From Oculina patagonica (taxonomy: Eukaryota): 64,000 nucleotides of DNA. The DNA lies in NCBI RefSeq assembly GCF_052425735.1, contig NC_135766.1, positions 5,456,001 to 5,520,000 of the forward strand, read 5' to 3'. The position numbers and the translations under genes are program-made. Numbering within the stretch: the stretch's first letter is position 1; every line of letters begins with the position of its first letter. Positions 51,001 to 63,317 of the stretch are shown here, piece after piece. The notes beneath the pieces were generated by a model. It saw only the letters and a list, made by a program, of their open reading frames with translations. It ran no database searches and was not told the origin of the DNA.

Positions 51001-51658
51001 AAGAGCCATTTCTCCGTGGATAAAAGTAAGTTGTCCGTATCGGGAAAGGTCGGTCGTGAGATTTATTCCGCATCAGTCTAACAAACGCCTCGTGAAGATA
51101 GCTCCAGGACGCAGACAAATCTGTTACTTTAATAAACGAGTCGTTTGAGTTCCGGTACGCATACGGCGCATAAAATGAATTGTTTACAAAGCTGTTGTTG
51201 TCGAAAATGATCGCTGATCCCACTATAAGTGGGTCGTTTTCTAGATTGTTTCTGACGATAGCGTAAAGGACTTCTTCGTGCGACTTCAACACCGGTTCCC
51301 CGGAAATATTCCACGCCTTCGCGGAGCCGGTCGGAAGCAAATCGGAGATTAAATTAGCTGTTCGGATGGCGAGGTTTGCTTGGGCTGTGTAAACGCTGTT
51401 TTCGTATTTAAAGAACAGAAGTTTCAAGCTTCTCTCCGCCAGCATGGTTTTGCAGTCCACAGTGCCATTGTGTACTTCTTCGATAGCTTTCAATGCCTGT
51501 CGCGCCGTCATCGTGAAAACCCCTGCACGATCGTCTACCACAGGTGGACGGTCCGGATTCTTGACAGATGGATCGCTTGTAAAATGCAACTCATTCCCTA
51601 CCGCACTTCCATGAACACGCGGAAATACGACAAGCGTACAAACCAAAACGAAGAGCAT
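19797..51658 (-). CDS. GPR158/GPR179-like class C GPCR (764 aa)
   Basis: Ten phase-consistent exons total 2295 nt: 51658-50841, 49807-49681, 49333-48998, 48420-48352, 48142-48033, 47603-47389, 36516-36378, 21225-21120, 20927-20787, 20030-19797. It has a signal peptide, a Cache-like region (WSRPYYEC...W.ITYTSP), a Cys-rich region (VDINQCD, FAGTHRC, GLGFRAGSYRCACKPGYFFP), 7TM motifs (LLKTWRI, VRKAPSAFNESKFI, FVPK) and a coiled-coil tail (ENEDLKEEIRKLY). Confidence 0.93.
21363..21510. mobile_element. Short palindromic MITE-like repeat
   Basis: GGTTGTTCAAAAGGTGCATAAC ... GTTATCCACCCTTCGAACAAC form inverted ends. A partial copy lies near 32130-32290. Confidence 0.6.
28230..28568 (-). CDS. Small nested ORF (112 aa) with N-terminal MGC myristoylation/palmitoylation-type motif, inside GPCR intron 7
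   Basis: Starts MGCLPSRRR in ataATGG context. Good acceptor at 28596-28597 and upstream donor at 29401. Contains a helical segment (EETLKLLQEIGELK). No family recognised. Confidence 0.6.
   Translation of the reverse strand: MGCLPSRRRDEESSPKENAPAKKSASGRRSNNTEETIKQDKSSLAPTIQMVNEETLKLLQEIGELKVFQTASNADHKKHIDMHHDIILALENPTKANNAVTSLSSEASSNVI
33143..33356. repeat. Local tandem duplication (about 118 bp period)
   Basis: GCAAAAATAGATTTTCATTTCCTGCAGAGAAGATAAAA...CAGTCAAAGTTCAAAAG occurs twice. Confidence 0.8.
38154..40229 (-). pseudogene. Decayed protein kinase gene carried by the transposon
   Basis: Exon 40229-39999 (MPRFSREDP*EEKRR..., ends at gtaag). Kinase exon 38973-38154 has GEGCYGHC, VVEK, KEAQIM, HCDFKSNNVLV, IIDFGKA, HIASE, DIFSLG and CLDTSCPERRP in order, broken by several stops and frameshifts. 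Confidence 0.85.
40831..46219 (-). CDS. Intact 5-exon transposase (1306 aa) with a RAG1/Transib/CMC-type catalytic core
   Basis: Exons 46219-45510, 45183-44673, 44187-41976, 41603-41488 and 41202-40831 total 3921 nt with no internal stop. Motifs: IWHDH, FFHGD, YYCSGC, CEPMHD, YLHDLTAHAP, SNAEEEER. Lies inside the TIR-bounded element. Confidence 0.8.
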
Positions 51659-53237
51659 GGTTATGCAGTGATATATGCTGCGTTTAGCGTGAGGAAGTGT
51701 TTTGTTTCTGTATACTAAAGCACATACGCCTCTAGGCAAAATGCTAATCTACTGTGCGAACTTAAACAGTACGTCGAGGTGCTAATGGAATTTACACTGG
51801 AAAAATAATACCTTTTCAATGCGAGCGACGGAACAGAAGGAGTCCAAAACAAACAGCGAGCCCGAATGTACACGGCGGTTGACAGATTAACCCAGGATAC
51901 TTGTGTAGTTAATTACAAATCGCATTGTCATCAAATAAAATTAATCCAAGCGCATGATGCACGCCATTGTACCCTGGACGGGTTAAAATTTGTCTTGGGC
52001 GTAAGCAATAAACCAGAGTAAACAAACGGGAGAAGGTTTTGCAAAAAGTCTTTTGAAATTTATATGGTTGTTTTTAATAACAAAATAAGCGCATTGCAAA
52101 CTGTTCTAATTAGAAACAGTCATAAATGTGTCAACTTTGGTTAAAAGCGGGTTACTTTTTGACCAGGTCATTTGATGTGAGGACGACAATCCTGTAATAC
52201 TATGCCCGTTTACAAAGCCAACGCACTGTATCTGTTTGACAGCGTATGTTACAAAATCTGAATGTCATTGTGACGGGAAAATAGAGAAGTATATCATAAT
52301 GAAACAGACAAAATTAAAAACAGAAATTGACACTTGCAGTCAAACCTGATTGTTTGATCAGGATTAACTCACTTCCCACTGTTAAATTTAAAACTGAATT
52401 ATTGAAAATGCTTTTATTCTAGCACGGAATCAATAAAACGAACTAAATGAATTGTGGCAGATTCTAATAAGAGGCCTATGGAAATTTAAACATCGAGATA
52501 TAAGAGGAGATTGCATGTGCTTTTGGTTGACAGCATTGCAATAAAAGGCGAATAAAAAAAAACGTATTTATGCAAATAGTGGAGGCATATGCCAATTTGT
52601 TTCAGGCACGGGCGTAGATGCAGTTTATTATATCTAAACGTTATTCAAGACAGTTCAATGAAAAAAAAAGGAAAAGAGTTACTTAGTACTTGACTCTTCC
52701 ACAGGGTAGTACACTCCCCACGGAAACATTTCATTGTGGGGTGTTTGGTGCAGGGGGAAAAGGAGGGGGGGAAGTATTGCCAATATTTTGTACCTAAACA
52801 AGTACAGTCGACTCCCGATAACTCAAACCTTCAAGGGAAATCGAAAAAGGTTCGTGTTATCGGGAGTTCGAGTTATCGGAAGTTGAGAACAAATGACAGA
52901 GAATAAGGAATGCGCACTAACGCTTCTCAACTAACCTCATACTATTGATTATCCTTGAAAGTTTTCTAAGGTTGGAAAGAATCGGTATCAACCGCCACTA
53001 CCGTGTTTCACTCCTCCTTTGCGGGGAGGAGTGAACCATAATTGCCCTTAAAAACGACTGCGCGGGAGGGCACGAATTCCCCAGAAGATACTGGCGAAAA
53101 TTTGTGACCCCCACCTGACAAAATTCATTCGTAAGCCCCCTTCCTTCCCTCCTCTCCCCTACTCTGACACAGACGCTTTCACTACTAAGTATCATCTCTC
53201 CCTAGAGAACAGGGTTTCGTCGTCCGCCTCGCATTTA

Positions 53238-54345
53238 CATAGGCGTACGCGGGCCGGGGGGCTGGGGGGGCTGCAGCCCCCCCCAAATTTTGGGCAACTC
53301 AGTTTTTTTGGGCAGCAAGAGAAATTTGGACAAAGCCAGTTTTTAAAGTAGTTTTCTTTTTTTTCTCGAAAAGATAGATATGTTCTATTTTAACCTGAAG
53401 TCGGCGTGGTTATTATTTTCTTCACAATGTGAGACCAGATTCACTAACAAGATTTACCCAAGATTCCTTATTTCGAGAGGCGCTGATATCTTCGTAACTG
53501 AAGGACGTAAATTTCCGGCGGCCACCATTTCAAGTAGAGACGTCAGTGAGAATCGATACGTCCAGAAAGAACGTGGAATCTAGTGAGATGTTAAATTTTA
53601 AGAACCAGTGAATGGACAGTTTGATGAATGCACCAAAGAAGCGTTGCTTGTACGTGGAAGCCAGCAGTTATTATGAACTTCCTTTTCTAAACGTTATAAC
53701 AATTTGGGAAACTTATGTCACGGTTAAAACACGACCCTTTACAAAATCGACGGCGAGATTCTGAAAGCCGAGCAGAAAATGTACGCGAGTTTTCGTCGTT
53801 TGCGCGGATTAGGCTACATGACTGTTTCAGAAATGCTGGAGACAATGCACGAGAATGTTCTATTTGATATGTCTCCAAAGTTTTCTTATGTGGTACATAT
53901 CCTCGCAGTGCATGATACTTGCTACATCGTGTTCTGCAGAAAGATCATTGTGTGCATTGCGCAGATTGAAAACTTACCTCAACAGCACCATGGGGCAACG
54001 TGTCAGTAACATCGCACTTATTAACATTAAAAGGGCATATGCCAAATCTGTAGTCAACAATGAAAACATCGTATCATTGAAATCTTCGGCCATCGAAATG
54101 GCAGATAGCTATTTCTTTTAAGGTGATTTATGAGCGCATATGATAAATTCATATGCAAGAACTGCACGAGAATATTTTCTCTTCATATGCAGGCCTATGG
54201 TAGCTTATATTAGTGCATCGCAGTACCCTCGTTTCTTCTCGACTTTTTCGTAAAAATTTGGGCAACTTGCGATAATTTTTTGGGCAAATGGTTCACCGCC
54301 CCCCCCCCCCCCCCAACCTGGCAAAAAATTGCCCGTACGCCTATG
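53238..54345 (+). mobile_element. Internally deleted hAT element with 8-bp TSD
   Basis: CGCATTTA|CATAGGCGTACG ... CGTACGCCTATG|CGCATTTA. Retains a remnant of the hAT C-terminal dimerisation domain (ATSCSAERSLCALRRLKTYLNSTMGQ) at about 53920-54040. Confidence 0.92.
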
Positions 54346-55453
54346 CGCATTTAGTACATATAAGACATTGAAACGTTAACGTTGACAAATATGTTTGTAT
54401 AGGCCGGGGTCAATTAAAAATGAGGATATAACCTTTTAAAACATGGCCACAAACGGGGTAACGGGGTGTCCATTATAGCGAGATGTCCGCAAGGCAACAG
54501 TTGACTGTACACCCCCTCTCCGAAAAAAATGCAGTTTCTCGCAGTACATTATCAACACACTGTCGAAGAGATACGCGATGAAAATATATTACTATCGAAT
54601 TCTTATAACTGGCATAGCAATTAAAAAAGAAAGGAGTTTCGGTGAGGAGAGTGTGGTAAAGTCTTCCGTACCCGTTGTTTGAGGCGATTTTTAAAAAATC
54701 CCCAGCGGAGCAAAAGACAACATGACTGCAATCCCGCTGCGCAAAACGAGGGACTACCATAGTCTCTTTCTTCCCCAACCACCCACTTAAAAAAAAATAT
54801 CTTAAAATTTATTTTTATCATTTCAATTTCAAAATAAATAGATTTTCAGTTTTTACTATCCTAACATCCTTACTTTCTTTCTACGACTGGTTGTACTTTT
54901 TGAGCATATGGTTTTTCAACTATCCCCTATTTGCTATCGATAGTAATTTTGTCGGCATGTCCGCCTTGGGAATTTACAACAATGGGAGATTCAAAACACG
55001 TTTGTCATGTGGAAGAATCCTGCTTGATATGTAAAATAATGGAAATGCGATTTTATTAACCCAACTAACACGGAAAAGCTCTCTGGAGCTCGTTATATAG
55101 TGTACTTGCATCGAGATCGAATTTAAAAAAAAAATGGAGTGTCAAGGAATGAACATTAGACTAAATTCAGGCTGAGCCCTGGTCAGAAGTCGTAAAACGC
55201 AACGTCTGAAAAACTTGAATTTGCAACTCAATTCATTATACTAGGATCACACAGTTTTTATATATAGGTCCTGAAAAAAAAAAAAACGCAGATGCGACAG
55301 GTATGAAACAGACATCGACCATATAGAATGTTTTTAAGAACTTAATCTTGCCTTTCAGATTCCATAATAGCCGGGAAGAGAAAGTTTGCTGATAGTGCAG
55401 TGTATAAATTGCTTTTCGTCTATTTTCTGAAGACAATAAAATTCTAGTCATGT

Positions 55454-58400
55454 CTAGTCTAGGCATCCCTTGAGCGTGAGCAGAAAAACACTGTAGTCCG
55501 GCATGCTCGTAGCAAAAACAAGGCTCTCTCGGGGCCTGGTATGTAGTCCGTCCAGCCATGTGATCTCACCCGGAGTAAAATTTGAGCCGCGTACAGACCT
55601 TCTAAAAGGCGGAAGAGAAAAGTCCGCCACGATGTCCTCACTTCTAGTGCTTACCAAATACAGAGAATTCATGTCCATTAACAGGCTATACACGTGTCCA
55701 TAGGCTACCAGCCATTTGGCAGGGGATTCAGTGAAGACCCTGTGAGGGGAGGTCAAGGGAAAATGAAGTAGGAAACAATTACGTAATAATTTTCGTCAGT
55801 TTTAGGCACAAAAAAGAAGCCTGACCATGCATTCTCATGCTCAGATTTCAGTCAAGAGAGGAGGAAAAAATGGAGGTCGAAAAGAGGGGTGGAACGCCTT
55901 CTTTTAAAGCCCTACTTACTTTATTTATGCAGTCGCCAGCCGTCATATAATTCTAATTGATTTATCTGGACACTAATACATGAATTATGCTGTCAGCATG
56001 GCGGCTGATGGGAGCCTTTGCTGATCTGAACTTGGTCACAACTTTTGCATCCAACTTGAACATGAAAAAGATGTTTTGGCGGTTTAATTTTTTCATGCAA
56101 TATTTAACCCAATAACGATAATAATAAAAGAAAAGAAAATTCCTACTTAGCACAAGCACGGTGTTTTGTTGACAGGTTAGGGTAAAGGCCTTATTATCAA
56201 ATTGTTATTCGTGTCATGGGACTGTAATAAAACAGCGATCTTCTGTTTGAGCTAAAAGACAGGGACTGCTTCACAGTTTCTCTTACTTACCTAGTCATTT
56301 GCAGAGTTTTGAAATCCCAAAGCAGAATTGCTGTTTCTGAAGCACATGCTATGGTCTGTCCATCAAACTGAAGACGAGGCTGAAGGTTAACATTCGATTC
56401 CAAAGGACTCAGCGTCCCCAGACATTTTTCACAGTCTTGGCTGAGAGACCAGATCTTAACAAAACAATAAAGAAAAAAAAATAATTTGGTCGAGTGGATT
56501 CCTTGTTTTAGAATTGAAAGAGGACTTGCCTCTTCCTCGCATTTTGTCAATATTGACAGTCAAACTTGTGTTGTTAAGCTAACCTTGATAGCACTTTTGT
56601 CCATACTGAGTATTACAAACTGGTTCTTAGTATGAGTCTGTGATTCCACTTCAGCTCGTCTGAGGATTACCTTGGTGTAGAAACATCACAGCATCATGCG
56701 ACAATCACAATCTTAGCTCTTATTACACCTTAAAGACTGTAAATACAGTCGAATCCCTTGGAAGCAAACCGCCTCAATAATCCAAGCTGGTTGCCATCAG
56801 GAAAATGCCGGGCCTCTCATAAGCAACCAAACACTGAAACCATTGAGCCTGGCTTTCTACCTCGTGTAACAGTCTTTTGTAAGCCATATATCATTTTGAA
56901 CTTTCATTGTCAGATCTTTAGCAATGAACGTTATTAGGCAATGTAGTAAATGTACAATAAATGTACATATATGGCTAGTTGATGACACAGAGGTTATTCC
57001 AATAAAATTTGCTATTTCAGAAAATATCCATGCCACTCCCTCATTTTATTTTTGGATTGAACCTCCTGCCCCTCCTAGTTTCAATTAGTATAAGATTTGG
57101 CTTTTGTGACTGTCTCCTCGAATTTCCTACGACTTTCCATTGGTTAACAGGTGGCGCAGTGATGGGAGGCACAGGAGTCTTATGGTAAATGTGCCAGGCT
57201 TCAGATCAAGCAGTCCAGATTCAAGCCCTGGCCAGGTCACTGTGTTGTGTTCTTGGACAAGACACTTAACTATCATAATGCCCCTCTTCACCCAGGTGTC
57301 AAGTGGGTATACCAGCAAACCTAATGCTGAGGGGACAAGCATCGTCCAGGAGGAGTAAAAACAACCCTTCATGCTTCAGAAACTGGGATAAGCTCTGGCC
57401 TAATGGACCACTAGGCTCATATGCAGATGTAACCTTCTTTTCCATTGGGCGGGTACGAATATTTTCTGGAAATGACACATCAAAATGCACATATTAAGTA
57501 CCTACAGTACCTACCTTTATCACCCAGTCTGAGTGCCCATATCTTGTCTGCAAGCACTGTCCAGATGACATTTTCCATATTCTGAGAGTGGAGTCAGCAG
57601 AACCACTTACAATTGTGTCCAGTTCATCACAGTAATCTACTGTGAAGACTTCAAACAAAAAATGTGAAATGAAAGTTTTTCAGAGATCCAATAGCTACAT
57701 GTACCCTGCATGACATGTGTTCAAGTGGGGCTCTTAACAGTCATGCGCAGAGTGAAATACGTTCGATTGAGCATGAGTGCTCTAGGAGCATCACTGTATT
57801 AGGCCCTGTGTTTAAGTCCCTAAAGAAAGCCCTGCTAAGCCACCTGCAGCTTTTATTAAGGCCATCCATTTAAAACAAATATGAAAATAGTTAGAAGAGA
57901 ACTGTAATATATTAATTTATGACGTTTGCGCGTAAGATGGAATCACAACCCCCATCCCGTAGTTGCTACCCTAAATGTTAACCAGGTCACATGAAAGAAA
58001 ATGTCAACTTTGTTTGTCCCAGTTACCAATCAGAGATTGGAAAATACAAACACATGTCCTGTACATAATTATAGACAGGTGTGCATTTGTGTTAAGACAT
58101 TTCTGCACTTTGGCATCGTGAAAATCTAAACAATCTAAACCAGCAACCAAGGACTTTACAAACCTTGTTAAGAATCCACTACAGGGTTCCGCACCACGCC
58201 ACTTCCACCTGTAAACTCAGTGCCGTAGCAAGGGGAGGGGCCGGGGGGCCCGTGCCCCCCCAGTTTTTTTACCCAAAAAGTAAAAACAGACCTGTATAAA
58301 ATGTTGAAAATAAAATTTTATCTCCCGAGAGGTTTAAAACAATAACATTTGTACTTCTTTTCATTTTTTAACGCACGTAGGGTGATGCACAACAATATTA

Positions 58401-60893
58401 AAGATGAATTCCAGTCCGTACTGCGCAATCTCGGCTGCATTGTTTATGTGAGCCCACACGAAGGGAATGTTTACAAGCAAAACTAAAAATTCCGCGACAA
58501 ACTTATTTTTTTCTTCATCATTAACGCCAGATATCCTTGCAGAACAAATAATAACGAGTAGAAGAACCTTGACGCTATTTCAAACCGACGTTTTAGCTCA
58601 TCGGAACTTCTTGAACGAAACGAACTGTAATGGCGGACTAAAAAACGTCATGTATGCTGTCACCGAAGTGTAACGTTTCAACGAATTCAAAACAAAAACG
58701 TAAACAAAGCCCGAGTCTGCGCAGTAGGGACTGGAAATCATCTTTAAACAGCCAAAAACTAAAACAAACCAGAAATCGTGACAACAATGTGAAAAAATGT
58801 CTCAAATGTCTAGACGTGTCTACTTCTAGACGCCTCTTTCTCTCCTCATTCTCGGATTTCTGTCTGTTTATTCCATATTGCTGTTTGTTCTTTGAAGGTC
58901 AACAATGTCTTCTCAAAAACCCGGAAAATCCAAGCAGAAGTCCCTTTTATTTTGGGTAAAGCCCCAGAATACTAAGGCGAGTGTCGAGGATGAGAATGTA
59001 GAAGAGTCTTGCGCTGCAGAATTACCTGAGGGGAGTTCTGAAAGCGGCGAGGATTATGCTGCTGTTGAGTCTGTTGAAGCAGTTGGTTCCCAGTTACCTC
59101 TAGATCTACTACGGAAATTTTCAAAAAACGACCTGCCGATAAGTCTACCTTTGCATCTAAGGCAACTCAGACAGTTCAATAACTACGAACTCACTATGAT
59201 GACTCTGAAAGGTGAAACATTTTCTGGTTTCAAGATACAGAGACAGTCGGTTTTCTGTTTTGTAATTGACCTTGCAAGTGTTATACTCTCTTCAATGTGC
59301 ATTGGTTTGCTGAGACAGTGAAGGAAGTAAATAATTCGCGATATGCGTAAATCACAAATAGCTCTTGGAGAACGCTGGAAATAGCATTTCCAAGCCTCTA
59401 GATTTCAAAATTTTCTGGGGGTGAGGGGGGGGGCATCCCCCAGACCCCCCTAGCGGCTCGCACCTCCGGTGCTTGCATGCCCCTTCCCCACTTATTTTAC
59501 CCTTGCTACGGCACTGAAACTACAACCACTACTACAGGACATCACCCTTTATGCTTATATTTAGCTCCAATAGCTGTTATGCAGACTAGATAGTTATTCC
59601 TTATTTTTTTAACAACCTCATTTTCCCTACCTGCTGCAGTGTGTCCCCTGAAGTACTGTAGGTTCTCTCCTGTGTTCCAATCCCACATACCAACAGTATT
59701 GTCAAAAGATGCCGTAATGACCTTGTGGTCGTCAAAACAAATGTCTGCACAAGTATGAGCTTTTAGGACATATTTACACTGGCCTGTTGTTAAGTCCCAC
59801 AGTCGAACAGATCTGTCATCTGATCCTGGATTCATAACAAAATTTTACTGAATTTTAGTGTTAACGCATTGGCATCTGGAGATTTTTGAAAAAAAGCACA
59901 ACTACACTTGTTTTACTTGGGGCCATTCCACTGCTATCACGCATAGATGAGATTTCTGAAGGAATTAAAAAGTTTGCTTTTTCTAATAACAGTAACAAAA
60001 CATATAAACTTAACCGCTTTATTACGACCCTCCGATGATCAGACGATGATAATTTTGTGTTCATAATGCAATTTCCTGTTTGTGGTTACAAAAACATAGA
60101 CATTTCCGGATTTGTGCTTAGTTTTAATTTTTTACCTGCAGCATTGCGTTGCAGAACATTTCGAGTTACTAAATACTAAAAGCTGTCAATGAAGTCAAAA
60201 GTGGCGTCATAGTGGTGACCTCTATAATACAGCCACCTCTGTTATACAGACACTTTGGTCTGTCCCTTCGATGTCCGTACTTGAGAGGTTCAACTGTACT
60301 TCATCTAGGAGGGGGGAGGTAGGTTGTGGGTGGTGGGGTGGTTGGTGGATATAATAAGTTATGTCAACAAGCAAACTTATCTAACCAGTTGCAAGGTGAT
60401 TTCCATAGTAATATAGCGCAAACACTCTTGCTGTGTGACCATACAATTGTTTCTTCTCCACAGCATCTTCACATTTTAACTTTTTCATATCCTTTACATG
60501 TGACATGTACATTTGCTTCCATGTGGTAGCTGCAGTTCTTTCCAAATCATCATTTACTTGCATGCCTAGCTGTCTGCAAGCACTTTGCCAAACATTGTCG
60601 CAACTCAGAATAACTTTGTTCCATTTCTTACTCACACGGCAACATGTGCACAATGAGACAGGGTCCAGCCACTTTAAAACGTGAAAACTCAGCTCCAATG
60701 GAAGGCATCTGAGGTAATCTCTTTTGACTAGTGTTTCGAGTTTAGTGGACAAGAAACACAGCTGTTCGGGTCCACAAATGTCTATAATACCTTCAATTGT
60801 CGAAATTTTCTGACTATCTGACAGAGTTCTGAAAGTATCACAGACATTTTTCAGCCAATGTGCAAACCCTCTTTCGATCAAACCTTCCGACAT
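55454..60893 (-). CDS. FBXW2: F-box/WD repeat protein 2 (457 aa)
   Basis: Exons 60893-60386, 59825-59631, 57648-57515, 56670-56584, 56454-56291 and 55739-55454 total 1374 nt. F-box [24 protein letters not shown]40 repeats, LQPRLQFDG and C-terminal LVFATSMPD are colinear with vertebrate FBXW2. Confidence 0.95.
57160..57420 (+). mobile_element. tRNA-derived SINE in an FBXW2 intron
   Basis: Reverse-complement match to the family at 448-730. Confidence 0.65.
58218..59516 (+). mobile_element. Non-autonomous hAT-like element with 5-bp TSD (hAT5-like), containing a nested MITE
   Basis: AAACT|CAGTGCCGTAGCAAGGG ... CCCTTGCTACGGCACTG|AAACT. Truncated ORF at 58905 ([19 protein letters not shown]) resembles a transposase N-terminus. 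Confidence 0.8.
58402..58743. mobile_element. TTAA-flanked MITE, same family as 7874-8204
   Basis: TTAA|AGATGAATTCCAGTCCGTACTGCGCA ... TGCGCAGTAGGGACTGGAAATCATCT|TTAA. Confidence 0.85.
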
Positions 60894-60986
60894 GATTGTT
60901 TTGATTCGAACTATGCCCAGTCTCCCTCGGTCGCTTTTAGTGTGCAACCGCTGGACACGGAGAGAGTTCGAAAGTCGATTTCAATC
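60894..60986. promoter_or_regulatory. Very short bidirectional promoter/5' UTR region between FBXW2 and ELP6
   Basis: Only 93 bp separate the divergent ATGs. Confidence 0.65.
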
Positions 60987-63317
60987 ATGTTTCCAGACTT
61001 GAATTCTTTGACAAATTTCAGCGAGAAGAGACCGCCCAAGGTACGTGAAGAAACAACAAATGTTATGTAGAAAAGTTGATTTATTTGTGTGTTGTTACAA
61101 ACTGATCCTGGCCAGAAAGATTCATAATTTATTATTATAATCTTTTATAGCTGTGTTATTCTCAATCATTATTTTATGCACAAGTTTCTTCAGCCGGGTT
61201 GTCAAGTGAACTCTTGATTGTCCATTACAGTCCCAACCTAAAGTTATGAATTTTCGACTTATGGAAACCCCATTACCCCCACCCCACCCCACCCCAACAC
61301 CATGCAACCTCTGGACCCTTACTGCTGTCAATCATTATGGTGACAGCCACCAAACCTTGAAAAACAGAACAAAGAACAAAGAAAATGGATTGCAATCTAC
61401 TAATCCAGTCACAGCTGACAGATGTGATCTTTTGAACTTATTGTTGAATTTAAACTGTGTCCTGAGAGGTCTGCTTAAAAATTAATTTAGTTGGTCTATA
61501 GAAGTGTAAGAGTCTTGACCTCATGGTCAAGCTGCCCCATATACAACTTTTTAGGCATGCCCCAGGCTCATAACACCCCACATTTAATTTCCTGGGGTGT
61601 TAAGTAGTAGGTAATTAATATTTTTCTTAGTAGTACATTGTCCAGTATGTTGATTTTTTTATCTCTTTGATCATAATTATACCTTAATCTGGTTGATTGC
61701 TATTATAAAGTCAACAAAAGAAAGTAATATTGTGCTGATCCTGGCCTGGTGAATGTTTTACCTACAGAGGAAGTTTCTGTTAATATCAGATTCCCAGAAT
61801 GATGGCAGCTTCCTTATTCATCACTTCCTGGCCATGTATATGAAAGGTAATTAAAGGATTCACATAAAAAAAAATGACAACGTTGTCAGAAAAATGCATC
61901 AGTGCTTGTGAATGAAAGGTTTATGGCATATTTGTGTGCAACATACACATATAGCTGTCGCATCTGCTTGTTGGAATTTTTCATAATTGTTTCTTTGCTG
62001 GAAAACAATAAAAAGTTCCAACAAGCAAATGTGATTTATTATGCATACCGTATTTACTCGAATAAGCGGCGCTTATTAAATTTTTCGCTCCCCAAGTGCG
62101 GCGCTTATTTGAGGGCGGCGCTTATTTAAAATTTGAACGCCACAAAGAAATTAATATTTTACAGTAATTGAAAATTGCATCTTTTGACACTCAGTAGTTG
62201 TCTCTTGTTGAAGAGAGAAGTGGTGCTAGCTGTCCAGGCAAAGTTCGCTGCCTTCAAAACATTTACAGACCTATGTATTGTAAGAATGTTGGATAGAAAA
62301 CTTATGTGCGAACGGTAAAACAATCACCTTGAACTGCAAAACATCGCTTTTGATGGAAAGAGATGTCCAAGTTTGTTTTAGAGTTGCTCTGTAGTGCTGT
62401 TTTTAGTTGAACGGAATTCCTTGAATAAGCACCGCATCGGCACTGCGGCGCTTATTCGGGGGCGGCGCTTATTAACTCTTTTTGTCCCAAATGCGGCGCT
62501 TATTCAAGGGCGGCGCTTATTCGGGGGCGGCGCTTATTCGATTAAATACGGTATATAAATATGGCCTTTAATTGCACAAGGACTCACTTTGAAAATGAGA
62601 CTCACAAGAAAAATATTTGTACCAGCACGTAAAAATCTACTGGCTTTGTTCTTCAATTTTTTTCAGGAGGTTTTAGAGTACTTTTTGTTGCATTAGTGCA
62701 GTCATTCTCCCATTACAACAATGTTGCTCAGAAACTAGTAAGTTTAAAAATAAATTTATAATTATTTTTTTAAAAAAATAAGTTTTAAGTTTATATTCAT
62801 TTCAATCTTTATTTATAGAGCTACTGGTACTTATTACAGTAAAGTACTCAGCAAAGTATAACTTTTAAAATTATTATAAAATTAATGTGACTCACAGTCT
62901 AAAGGTACCAGTACTAAACATGAGTGGTTTAATGGGCAGCGTCCCCTCCCTCCCATTTCCTTGGATTTGTTTTAAAAAAATGTACCCAACCGTCTTTCTA
63001 GAGTTTGTTGTGGATATGTAAAGTAGTAATTTCCTTCTGTTCCCTTGTTCCCAATTATTTTATGGCCATAATTCCCTCGTTCCTTGAAACCCATGGGAGG
63101 GGCTTAAAAATAATTTTGTGTCATATTTTGCAATTCAAATGGCAAAACAATGGCAAAATAAATTTGATTATTTTGTTCAGGGTGCAAATCTCAGCAGTGC
63201 TTGTGAGAGTGGTCAAGTGACTTTTCTGGATGGTTTAAAACTTGTATCAGACAGTTTAGATGATGACAGCAGGGAAGGCAATGATGCAGATGACACCAAT
63301 CCTTTTAGAAATCTCAG
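60987..63317 (+). CDS. ELP6: Elongator complex protein 6, first four exons (continues beyond the window)
   Basis: Exons 60987-61040, 61768-61846, 62667-62737 and 63181-63317 give MFPDLNSL...DGSFLIHHFLAMYMKG...VLFVALVQSFSHYNNVAQKLGANL...GQVTFLDGLK, colinear with the vertebrate ELP6 N-terminus. Confidence 0.92.
62048..62551. mobile_element. MITE with TA TSD (Tc1/mariner-type ends)
   Basis: TA|CCGTATTTACTCGAATAAGCG ... CGCTTATTCGATTAAATACGG|TA, with internal GCGGCGCTTATT repeats. Confidence 0.85.
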
